64,000 bases of DNA from Lingula anatina (taxonomy: Eukaryota; Animalia; Brachiopoda). Under the pieces are notes generated by a model. It did not search any database. It had not been told where the DNA came from and saw only the letters and a list, made by a program, of their open reading frames with translations. Where the stretch lies: positions 32,488,001 through 32,552,000 of the forward strand of contig CM120642.1 in NCBI GenBank assembly GCA_051362555.1. The letters are read 5' to 3'. The position numbers were made by a program, and so were the translations under genes. Positions 38,274 to 50,024 of the stretch are shown here, piece by piece (the first letter of the stretch is position 1; each line of letters starts with the position of its first letter).

Positions 38274-41200
38274 TCACTGATGTTTTTTAACATATTCTAC
38301 TGCCTCTTTGAACTGACCCATTTTTTCAAGTAAAGTAACAATTAATTTACATACCATATCAGTATTAGGGTGTTTGGGACCTAGGATCTCTTTTCTCAGT
38401 TTGTGGCATCTTTTTAAATATGGTAGTGCTCTTTTGTAGTCACCCATGATTTGTAATAAGTAACCAATATTGCCATACAATTGGGCAGTTTTAGTGTGTT
38501 TGGGGCCTAGCACCTCTTCCATCACTTCTTTGCTTTTTTTATAATAGTCAAGTGCCTCTTTGAACTTCCCCATGTCTTTTAGTGTCATACCAATATTGTT
38601 GTATGAGGTAGCAGTATCAGGGTGTTTGGGACCTAGCAGCTCCTTTTTCAATTTGAGGCATCTTTTTAAATATGGAAGTGCTCTTTTGTAGTCACCCATG
38701 GCTTTAAGTACATTACCAATATTGCCATATACTTGGGCAGTAGTAGGGTGTTTGGGGCCTAGCACATCTTCCATCACTTCTTTGCTTTTTTTGAAATAGT
38801 CAAGTGCCTCTTTGTACTCACCCATGTCACTCAATACATTACCAACATTGTTGTACGAAACAGCAGTATCAGGGTGTTTGGCACCTTGTAGCTCTTCTCT
38901 CACTTCTAGGCATATTTTGAAATTGTCAAGTGACTCTTTGTACTTTCCCATGGCTTGAAGTGAATAACCAATATTGTTATATACAGGAATAGTGTTTAGG
39001 TGTTTGGGGCCTAGTTCAAGTTCCATCACTTCTTTGCTTTTTTTAAAATAGTCAAGTGATTCTTTGTACTTACCCATGCCTTGCAATACATTACCAACAT
39101 TGTTGTATGTGGTAGCAGTATCGGGGTGTTTGGGACCTAGCAGCTCTTCTTTCACTTCCAGGCATTTTTTGAAATTGTCAAGTGACTCTTGGTACTTACC
39201 CATGGCATTAAGCATATAGCCAATGTTATTGTATGACACGGCAGTATGAGGGTGTTTCGTACCAAGAAGCTCTTCTCTTATTTCCAGACATTTTTTATGA
39301 TAGTCAAGGGCCTCTTTGAACTTACCCATGGTTTTCAGTGTACAAGCAATATTGTCGTATGAGGTAGCAGTATCAGGGTGTTTGGAACCAAGAAGCTCTT
39401 CTCTTACTTCCAGACATGTTTTATGATAGTCAAGGGCCTCTTTGTACTCACCCATGTCTGTCAGCATACAAGCAATATTGTTGTATGAGGTAGCAGTATC
39501 AGGGTGTTTGGAACCATCAAGTTCTTCTCTTACTTTCAGACATTTTTTTTGGTAGTCAAGGGCCTCTTTGTACTTACCCATGGTTTGCAATGCATCACCA
39601 ATACTGTTGTATGAGGAAGCAGTATCAGGGTGTTTGGGACCTAGAAGCTCTTCCCTTACTTCCAGACATTTTTTTTGATAGTCAAGGGCCTCTTTGTACT
39701 TACCCATGGTTTGCAATGCATCACCAATACTGTTGTATGAGGAAGCAGTATCAGGGTGTTTGGGACCAAGAAGCTCTTCCCTTACTTTCAGACATTTTTT
39801 TTGATAGTCAAGTGCCTCTTCGTATTTACCCATGGCTTTTAATGCACAACCAATATGGCCGTATGTGGTAGCAGTTTCAGGGTGTTGGGGACCAAGAAGC
39901 GCTTCTCTTACTTCCAGACATTTTTTATGGTAGTCGAGTGCCTCTTTGTACTTCCCCATGCTTTGTTGTACTCTACCAATATTGTTGTATGAGGTAGCTG
40001 TGTCAGAGTGATTTATACCTAAGAGCTCTTCCCTTATTTCCAGACATTTTTTATAATAATCATGTGCCTCTTTGTACTTTCCCTTGTCTAAAAGTAAAGC
40101 ACCAATATTGTTGTATGAGTTAGCAGTATCAGGGTGTTTGGGACCTAGGAGCTCTTCCCTTACTTTCAGAGATTTTTTATGATAGTCAAGGGCCTCTTTA
40201 TACTTTCCCATGGTTTGCAGTACAACACCTATATTGTTGTATGAGGTAGCAGTATAAGGGTGTTTGGGACCTAGAAGCTCTTCCCTCACTTCCAGGCATT
40301 TTTTGTAATATTCAATTGCCTCTTTGTACCTACCCATGGCATGCAGTACACAGCCAATATTGTTTTGCAATTCTGCTTTTTCAGTTGGTTGACCTTCAAA
40401 TTTTGTGTGCATTTCTACCTCGACTGACTGAAAAATCGAAAGAGCTTCTTCATTCAGAAATAGAAAATGGAACGTATTTGCAATCTCTTGTAGGATATTG
40501 ATTTTGATTTTTTTCTGTTGTATGTTAGAAGTGCAGAGTTCCATTTTAAGCAATGTGGCAGTCATGTGTAAATGGGGCACCAGTTTTGACATATTTTCAA
40601 AAAGTGAAGCTTCAACTGTATCCACAATGTATAGCTGGAGCATAAGCCTTATGTAATAATCACAGTATTTCTTTCGTGTGTGAGAGATTTCATTGCTGTC
40701 AGTTTGTGCAAGAAACTCTGCATACTCCTTCACCAAAGGATGCAGATCATAGGTATTTTGGACCAAACTCAAGAGTGATTTAGCACTAAGATTGTCAAGG
40801 ACAGATTCACATTCATCCTCATCCATCTCCAAAATCTCTGAGACTTCTTTTGAATGGAATGCAACAGGAAATATATGCAGTCCCCTAAACACCTTTTTCT
40901 CTGTGTCATTCAGTGTTTCGTAAGACATCTCTAAGCAGGTAAGCATACCTTGTGATGCAGGAATGTTAGGTAACTGAAGAGAGGGGAGGACCTTTATGCG
41001 TTTCATTTTCTCAAACACTTTTTGTACTGTTTTGAGCTTGATCTGGGTAGCTGCTAATTTTAGTGCAAGGGGATTGTGGCCACATTTCTCTGATATTTCA
41101 CCTAAAGCTTCTGTCTCAGTATCTGTGGGGCTGATCGTATTTTCCCCCCAAAGGACTTCACTTGAAGATGTTTTACCAAGAGGAGGGATGTCTATAGTAA

Positions 41201-42692
41201 CTGTGGTTTGTGACGGAAGACTGAAGGATTCACGACTGGTGCATAAAAGAGTGATATGTTTTGATGAATTCATGACTTCCTCTAGTAACTGCAGAAACTC
41301 TTGCTGGTGTGAATTCAAAACACTGTCATTATTATCAAGGATAAGGAGAGTGTCTGTTGCTAAATTAGACATAGTTTGTGTAAATTTGTTCTGATAATCA
41401 CTGTAAATATCTTTCAAAAACTGATTTGGGTGATACTGCTGCACAAGTGATAATTTAACAGAATCAAGATTTACAACTTTTCTCATATCAATATGCAAGA
41501 CATCTTTTCTGACATATTTTCTTTGATGTCCAACCTCAACAGCTATGCTTGTTTTACCTATGCCCCCCATGCCAGTCAGGAGAATGAGTTTTGTGTCATT
41601 TTCAACATGCTGCAGTATTTTCTGCACCAGGTCCACTCGTCCCTTCAGCTCTGGAGTTCTACTTGGAAGGTTAGTAGAGATGAGCTCACAAGGTGCTTCT
41701 GAAATTAAAAATAAACATGCAAGAAAGATCTTAACCTTCATGCAAAAAAAAAAAAAAAGATTATATTGAAATTTTAATTTTACATAATTTAAGTATTGGG
41801 GTAGAGGTCTGAAAGGTAGATTTCATATTTTAAAACGGACGTCTGGGGAAATGAATTTTGTACTTATTTCTCAACTTAAATATCCTTCTTTAAGTTCATA
41901 CCTTGGGGAACAAATCAGCAGAGCACAATCCCAAGTGTACTGTGAAGAATAGTTCCTCTCATTGTGCACATTTCTTCAAAGTACACTGATGACTTTAAAC
42001 TAAAAGTTGTCTTTATTTATATGCTGTGGACAGTCAGTATAATAGAGCACAGTCCCTCTTAGCCAAAAAGAGCAGTTTCTCTCACTATTCTTCATAGTAT
42101 ACTCGTTATCTGTTAAACATTTCATACCTGCTGCATGCAATGGATCAGTAAGCAACTTGTCATAGTCATCACTGCTGTAGATTGTGGACAATGATAACAA
42201 CAAAGCTTTCAATTCTGTAAACTGGGTCTGAAATGCAGCATCTGTGAGACTGGCGCCCCCATGGGAAAATTTGTTACGGTATTTCTTCACTCTGCCAATC
42301 TGGGCTTCCATGGACGTGTCACTTGTTGGTGGATTCTCCCAACTGCCCTTTGGATTTAGTGTTGTGATATTTCTTAACAAGACTACTGTAAGAGTCACAT
42401 CTAAGTCCTTCAGTGTAACAGTTGTGGAGGGATTCCCAGAAGGGTATAGCAGCTTCATTTGACTTGCATTCAAAACTTTCATTTTTTTCAACTGTAACAA
42501 AGTTTGATTTGCCTTTTGGTCAGTTAAAATATCAAACAACTTGCCACCATTTGATGGATCAAACAACCCTGGATAAGTTGTTAGTAACTGTGTACTGAGG
42601 ACATCTTGAAGCACATCTTGTGACCGATGTATCATTAGCCCCATACGCATTGTGTTTTCTATCTCATTCCGTGGAATGGCAGCAGTCGCCAT
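38274..42692 (-). CDS. NLR-like gene copy B (intact, 1329 aa): HEPN(DZIP3-type) - NB-ARC-like STAND NTPase - 16 TPR
   Basis: Exon 42692-42128 (565 nt; DLDVTLTVVLLRNI..GSWENPP..D.S..AQIGRVKKYRNKFSH) splices in phase 1 (G|AA = Glu) to exon 41698-38274 (3425 nt), giving 3990 nt open. Same NTPase motifs as copy A. 16 full 42-aa repeats (YNNIG.VL..MGKYKEALDY.KKCLEVREELLGPKHPDTA) plus cap. Probable 5' UTR exon donor at 43258. Confidence 0.92.
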
Positions 42693-45411
42693 TTTGTCTT
42701 AGTTCTGGAAAAATATAATGTCTCAGTGTGAAACAAGGAGGCACTGGTGAAGGTGTTGCTGGCTTTTGTAAACCACCACAAGTAAGTGGGAAATTTTGCT
42801 TGAACACTTAATTAAAAGAATGAGCCCTTTGTACATTTACCTGTCTTTAGAAAAGTCATACTAGTTCCTTGGGAAAGACATGGCATATTTTATTCAGGTG
42901 GTCCTGAAATCCTTTTCTTTTTAAAGAAATTAAAATTTCTTAAAAGCAAATTTGGTACGAATTGTCATTGGTAAAGGCATAATTAAGTTAATTTAAAACG
43001 ATGAAACATGAGTCATTGTCTTTCATTACTACAAAATGCTGAGAAAATTTTGGTTTTAAGAATATTATGAATAGATAAAGAAGTATTCAGAAGTGAAACA
43101 AGGAAGTACAGGATGAATCCAGAATTGAAACTTGCAATTATAGGATGTACCAGGTTGGATCAGTATATAAATGTGATTACTGTATAGAAATGATCTGAGT
43201 GCACACTAGCTAATATCTGGTTATAAAATTTTTAATAAATTGCTGTCTTAAACTCACCTTGAAATGGATAAAGAAAAATATTGTTGGGGCGAATGAGAAC
43301 TACGCCTCTGTCACCTGATGTAAGGTTGTCATGTGACATATGGGTATTCACGGTTAAAAAGAATTACTTTTTATCTAAATAAAAGATTAGCCACCAAAGA
43401 ATGCAAAATCTGACTTTGAATTGGTAGATAAAGTCAACTTCTAATTAAACTTTCCTTCCTTGGAAAATGTTCAATATTGTATCGTCATCAATTTAAACTA
43501 TTTGACATAGAAATGTCACCTTGTTGTTATCAGTAATGACGCAGTTTTGTGGAGATTGGTTATTTATCACAGGCCAAGGAGGATACGTTAGGTCATGCTG
43601 TTGTTATCATTAATTTGACTGCAATTTATGTTACAGTACTAACTAGGTCAGCAGTGCTGATTTGTTATCTATGGGTACTTGTTTTGGAAATTTTTTGCTA
43701 CACTTAAGGGGGAAAAAGAATCCTGGGGATCAACTTAAAAAATCACTTGTCTTTTTAGCATTCCACTCCGGCTTGTGAACTCCGGCAGCCATTTTTCCCA
43801 ACACACATGTGCAGCATGAAACTGTGTAATTTTCATCGTCCTCCCCTCAAGAAATATTCCCATGGACCTTTGTCTCAGCACAAACCACAGGCCGTACTGC
43901 CTCTACTGAAAACTATAAGAAGGAAGGCAAAGGTGAGTTTTGGTTGATGGTTTTAGAAGTTAAATCACACAGATACGTACTCATCCTATTGTTGCTCTGT
44001 TTTGATTTTTTTTAATTCAAAATGTGTGATATAAGTCTACCAGCACTGTTAGAATTGTAAGTACAATTTCATTAAGCTGATACATAAGTTACAAAAAGGT
44101 ACAAAATAAACCTTCCATCTTTGTGTCTGTGGATGTCTATGTCAGTTTGCATTGTTTGTATTAGACATAAGTTAAACCTGCTAACAAAGCTTAAGTAAAG
44201 GTAAAAATGATTTAAGTAGGTTTTTAAAGAGTGTCCAGTTAAATTAAGTAATGATAATCTTTGACTTCCAATTTATAAATGTTACTTTCAGATGAGAGAA
44301 CATGAGCGACTGGCCTTTGAAGGAGGCGAGATGTTTCTCCTGAGAACCCCGCAAGATCTCACAGGGATGGATGGAGAGCTGATTTTGGCCGAGTACTCTG
44401 AGGAATTCCCACCTAGCCTCATGCAAGTTGATATGGCAACCAAGATAAGGAATTACTACATGTACAAAAGGGTATCTTTCTTTTGTAATGTTTGTTAGTG
44501 TTTTCCCAACTGTTAAGATCCTTTTCACTAAAACATCACATTTAGGTGATGTTAGTTTCATCTTGGAATATACTTTGAAGACGAGTGGTTTCTAAAACAT
44601 AAATAAATAAACTGAAAATATAGCACTTCAAGTTAGGTTTTTAATAAAATATACTGGAATCCCGAAACATCACCCCCATCTCTATGTGAAACTCTTGGAC
44701 ATATGTAACTAGCCTAACTGTCACTCCTTTACTGATATGACTCGGGTCCTAGGAAAAATTGAAAAATAAAATTAAATAATAGATTAATGAATAAAATGGA
44801 GTAAACGGAAAAATCAGCAAAATGCAAAAGGTCAGGGGGGAGGCAACCAAGGACCTATTAATATTGAAAAGTATATTAATCGGGTCGTCCATCGGTCCTA
44901 AAATGTAATTACGCTTTTACCCTCTATTTCTAAATTCTCCACAAGTTCCCATCTGCTGTTAAGGATGATCCGTATAGGCGACTCTTGTACATATTACGTT
45001 TACATATTATTTTACATATCAGGCTATAATTTAAGTAACCTGTCTCTCAAAAAGGAGTGCCCACTTAAGTGTACTAGTACCTCTCGAGGTGGAGAGGCCC
45101 TCGGGCGAGGACGGGATAGATCCATCAATCCCGCGTCTTATGATGCGTCTTTTTTATTGAGTTATATAAGTCTGTGGTAATTCTGTAGTTGGACAACGTC
45201 TCAGAGAGCCTATGAATATGAACAAGTTTAATGCTGGATACAATTGGATGCAATTGTTATAATTGTTATATTAAAGGTAATTAGTGATAAGTTACAACGA
45301 TAAGGGACTGTCCGACTTCCATATCTCTTTAAGATCATAGATAACACGTCTGAGGGGCATATGTCATGTAAGTCACACTGGTTTGTATTTCAATGGTGAC
45401 GCAGAGAAAGC

Positions 45412-48074
45412 ATGGCACGACTTAAACAACTCCATCGTATATTTGTTGTCGGATCAATATTTGCAGTCACGTTATATCTTGTACACGTAACAGTCCAAAA
45501 CAATATACATGTATTTTACCGTGATTCTCTCCAACGTGGGACACAGAAAGGTGAGTTTGTATTGAAGTTTACTGCTTTGTGGTGATGACCGATCGAGAAG
45601 ATGTGGAAGATTTCTAAATCATAATGAAAACATTTCAGCTTTTCTAAAAGGCACATATATTTTTAGGCGTATGCGTAACGAGCGTTACTGAGCAAACAGC
45701 ATCATTTATGACCTGTTCATTTTTTGTTTTTAGTGAAAAGGGTGCATTGATATAAATGTGACGTATTTTGAGTCAGAAAATTGCTTTCATAGTGAGATAA
45801 TGCATTACAATGGTTTTAGAAAGAACAAAATCAATATAACGTAACTCTCATTTTGTTTATTTTAGACGAATACTCAGATCTGAAAAGAGATTCACAGATT
45901 GAAAAGAAACAGGTAATATTTCTATGAAATCTGCGCTTACAGTGTAGGTGACATTCCAAAATTTGCCTTAGCGTAATGAGGCTGTTTTATTTCTTGCTCT
46001 TCTCTGCACGTAAAAGATTTCCTAAAAAGATTTAGTATCGTTCCTGTGGTGTTTGGTACTTAAATCGGAGTCCCAAGGCATGGCGTTTGAAATACAGTAA
46101 ATGGACGTTTTGGATGTACTGTTTAATGGATAATGGTCATTTTTCCATGTATCGCCAACTTGTTTTATTAGATCTTAGTTTATATATATAATAAGGGGGG
46201 TGGAGAGGAGTTACGACTCAGTCCTCCTTTATCAGTCTACATCAGTCATAAGCAGAAGATGAAGGGGTAATTAGGCAGTGGGAATCAAACCCTTCTCACC
46301 GTCTCTATTACTTTTTTTGATTTTGAAAGGATACCTGCCTCCCAACACACACACACGCACACACGCACATACACGCACACACACACACACACACGAAACC
46401 TGTTTCCTGCGCTCTGTGCTCTTGAGTAGACCTACACTCTAGGTGAAGTGACGTGTCAATGATGGGGATAATAATAATAATAATAATGATTAAACAATAA
46501 AAACTCAGTAATGGGAATGAATTTCCTTTGCATGATTCGGGGTGTATAGTGGCTTACAGCTATTTGGATGGCTGTAAGCCAGTGATATTATCAAGCGGCG
46601 CCTACAGAAAAGACGCGGGAGTTTGTATGACAGCCTACGGTTAACAGGCCTAATGCATACTGACACACACCTTGAAAACGGGTAGTGTGGTCTGATGTAC
46701 CGGTGAATTCAGGATCATTCGTTGCCGAGTCTGGTAGTTGGGTAGGCCTGGTCAAGGTGTCAGTTTCAACATCTGTTAAATAAAAATTAAAACGTATTTG
46801 AACCTAACCCCCCTTAACAAAATTATTTTTTCCAGACAAGCGTGGACCAGAGTCATTCTGTTTTTTCTCGATGGGATGCCATGGAACTCAGGGATGTGTC
46901 TGTTTTTGGGAAACACAGGCAGAAGAAAGGTCTAGAATGCTGCACTATCTATCTATCTATCTATCTATCTAACCAGATTTCCTAAACTGTACATATCTTA
47001 TTTTTTAATGAACATTTTTCAATATATAACTGCTTTCAGATGCAATCAAACTGTTTTCTCCTTGCACCAAGTTTAACAATTTGAGAAAAAAAGACAAACT
47101 TTTGAAGAACAGAAAAAATGTTTAATTCTCTATGTTATCTCTGTATACATACATTTTACGGTACATACATTTTACGGTACTGTCCTGTGTTATCATTCAA
47201 CTTTAAACTATCTAATATTAACAGTTGGTTAATATTTCTCAATTGAAATGTTTCAGGTTTTCTTACCATTGGTATTCCGTCTGTCAAACGAGCAAAGGGG
47301 ACCGTGTATCTGTTGCAGACGATTTCTTACATAATAAACATGACGTCACCAAGTGAGAGGGTGAAAATTGTTTTATTGGTGTACCTGGCAAATTTTGATA
47401 CACAATACAATGAAAATGTCTTGAAAAGTATCAGCGCAAAATTTGATGATTTCATCAAGAGTGGATTTATTCTAGTGATGCAAGTTCCAGAAAAAAATTA
47501 CCCTCCGTTAGAAAATTTGAAGAGGAATTATAATGATTCTCCGGAGGAAGTAAAATGGCGATCGAAACAGAATGTTGATTATGCTTTTATGTTTCTGTAC
47601 GGAAGAAATATATCAGAGTACTATATTCAGATTGAAGACGATGTGATTCCAGCCCGTGGATTCACCAAAGACGTACGTGCTTTTATCATAGAAAATAGCA
47701 AAAAGCCATGGATATGTTTAGAATTTTCCATTCTTGGATTTATTGGGAAACTGTTCAAATCCAAAGACTTGGAAAAATTTGCAAGGTACTTGATTTTATT
47801 TTACGACGAGCAACCTTGTGATTGGCTTATCAATCATTTCCTAACTTCGATGACTCAGAAAAAGCGCATCTTCCAGCATGCGGCATCCAGGGGGACTGGT
47901 CTTCCTCGGAAGAAAAGTCCAGGAAAGGACCTAATATGTCGCGGGACATTTACTTCAAAGATAAACAAGGAAAAACCACTCAAGGGGCGCCAAAAGGAAA
48001 GTCGTGACTTGCAATTACACTTCTGTAGCTTAATACAAGGAGCAAAAACGTTCTTCCAAAATATTTTTAAGTAA
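45412..48074 (+). CDS. MGAT4C: MGAT4/GT54-like N-acetylglucosaminyltransferase, copy 1, frameshifted near the C-terminus (possible pseudogene)
   Basis: Exons 45412-45550 (signal anchor), 45866-45912, 46836-46929, 47257-48074. Motifs FLTIGIPSVKR, WRSKQNVDYAF, YYIQIEDDV, LEFS.LGFIGKLF, QPCDWL. Net 10-nt loss at about 47870 relative to copy 2. The homologous tail (QGDWSSSEEKSRKGP) continues in another frame to 48007. Confidence 0.85.
46345..46394. repeat. (CA)n microsatellite
   Basis: Seen directly. Confidence 0.9.
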
Positions 48075-50024
48075 GCTTTTTTTTTTTTTTTTTTTTTTAC
48101 TTTTCAAGATAAGAAGGATAGAGGTATTTCGTGGTACGAGTACGGGCACTATATTAACTTTTTTCAAGTATGCATATCATTCACTCTACTTATTTTGCGT
48201 ACTGTCATATTGACATATCTTGATATAGATCGTCAGAGCGTTAAACAATCAACTTAAAATCAAAGAGATCTTAAATAGTAAAACAATTACTTGGAGACAA
48301 AAAAAGTTTGTTCCCTGACAGAACTGACGCGGACGGAAGAGCACAGAACTAACTGGTTATTTCATGGGTCAGTAAAATAATAAGAATCCCAGTTAGCATT
48401 CCCAGGAAGATTTGTGTCTTCCTCGATAGTACCTCGTAGTTCTTCGGTCCTTTCGCTATATGGGCTACATCTCCTATACATAAACCCAAATCTGCATTTA
48501 TAGTGAGAGTCAATAGCATTTTGATGATAACTAAAATATGTAAACATATATTGCACTTGCATGTCGAAAATTGTATGCAAGATATGGTCGCTGCACAATG
48601 TTTTCAATACAATAAAAATTCTGTGTAGTTGTAGCTCACATTTTTTTGTGTTTGTAATATAAAGTACGTTTTGCTTGAGATTCCGCACCCTTGCTAGTTC
48701 GACACCTATAACAAACAGAAACCGCATTGATACAAGTGACCATACCCTCCTACATCATAAAATCATCACTTCTTTGATCTCTTGGATACGAATTTTTGCT
48801 AACGTTGGACTTTGACAATATTTGATAGTTAACATCAAATTCATACACCAGTGTTAATGAGCTAAGTTAAATGTTGGAGCCTTTTCTTTTGTTTCACATT
48901 TGTGAGAATGGGCGAAAATTTGTTTTCCAGGCGGTCGCAAGCTCTGTGTAACAGGAGCGTCAGCAGCATTAGATCTATTGTTTTTTCATAATTTTGATAT
49001 GCTTTTTCGTCAAAAACTTTCTGACCCCAAGAGCTTAAACCGACAATTTTAGTCACTGAAATAATGAAACAAAAATGTCAAATATGGTGAAGAAAAAATA
49101 CTGAAATACGATGTAGGCCTAAAGCCCTAACAAGTACGCGAAGCGCGAAACAGCAATCAGTTCAAAACTTGAAATTAACTGCATGGGAAAAGGTAAAACT
49201 AAAAAAAGAACTTTCTATGATACACGTACAAGCCGTCATTTTAATAAGCGCCCCAGACCCGTATAAGCGTTCATGACCTTCGCGTTACAGTGTGGGACCA
49301 AGCGTCAGCGAATACTCTGTTAGTGGTACTCTTTGTACAACGCTGGAAACTGTAACAGTGGCAGTGAATGGCAGGGCCAGGCCTACGGCAACTACAATAT
49401 AATCTTGACACCAGACTTCTTGTATCATATTTCGCTCCGTATATTTTCCAAATTATTTGTCAGTTTGGTGAAAATAGGCATTAATATGCTTAAAAATAAA
49501 AACGTACAAAAATTGGCGTACGTTGAAAAAACTATGATGGGATTTCGGACAAAAATTATCATGCTATCTTACTCGAATGGAATATCTCATTAGTGTGCAT
49601 TTAAGTTACCCCTGATTCATATTCGCAGCAAATATAGTATGTCCATAGAAGTAGTCTACTTCTCTGGTATGTCTTACAACCCGGTGTGAACACAGCAAAA
49701 TGAGTATTTTTGTCAACTTTCCAACATTTTAACAGTATTGACTTCGGTGCCGGTTATACAAAGATGCAAAATTCAACCTAGAGATAATACAATATCATAT
49801 AAGGCTTATATTATTTTACATTATTATAGTACATTTTTTTATTACGTTGTGAGCATAATAAAACATTTATATGCACAATGTATTAATAAATGAGTAGCAC
49901 GTAGGCGTATTAGTCCTTGTTAATTATACAAACCACGATCATCCACGTACTTAATATATAAATATATAATTTATATATATAATAGCGTACCAGGTGTGTC
50001 TTTGGCAAGGAAAGTGGTGGAACT

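Larger units (their letters stand above)
25700..44060. repeat. Tandem segmental duplication, units about 25700-34680 and 34920-44060
   Basis: Shared start (cagttaagtttacattaagataaagttcctgtctgg at about 25717 and 34935) and shared end (gtgtgatat..tctaccag at about 34642 and 44024). Non-coding sequence, the NLR-like gene and one TAF1 exon are colinear in both units. Confidence 0.92.
24473..44471 (+). pseudogene. TAF1: TAF1 (TFIID subunit 1) internal gene fragment, decayed
   Basis: Spliceable exons translate to recognisable TAF1 segments: 24473-24583 (WFS/IFPIKNEELIYGNWEKDVIGDAE, 4-bp frameshift at about 24511), 25049-25180 (VITLDPNDDNIILEIPED), about 25487-25570 (KSKILLGKAGLIKE), 34373-34546 and its duplicate 43759-43932 ([27 protein letters not shown]), 44292-44471 ([37 protein letters not shown]). 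No N-terminal or bromodomain exons seen. Confidence 0.88.

Noticed and set aside
38361-40376. CRISPR-like or DGR-like reading of the 126-bp periodic array
   Set aside because: These are in-frame coding repeats with no spacers, no cas genes, and no template repeat or intact reverse transcriptase.
28240-41741. Calling the TPR ORFs kinesin light chain or nephrocystin-3
   Set aside because: Only the 42-aa repeat type is shared. The HEPN+STAND N-terminus and exon structure do not fit either gene.
31320-41741. ORF-track starts at 31344 and 41741
   Set aside because: They lie in the intron's polypyrimidine tract. The real exons begin at 31319 and 41698 after a TTTCAG acceptor.
30617-41769. + strand ORFs at 30617, 31114, 32270, 39590, 40996, 41493 and 42244 conserved between duplicates
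   Set aside because: Antisense shadows of the NLR coding exons. Their conservation follows from the duplication.
24473-44471. A functional TAF1 gene
   Set aside because: Frameshift, substitutions at conserved residues, a duplicated exon, and most exons absent.
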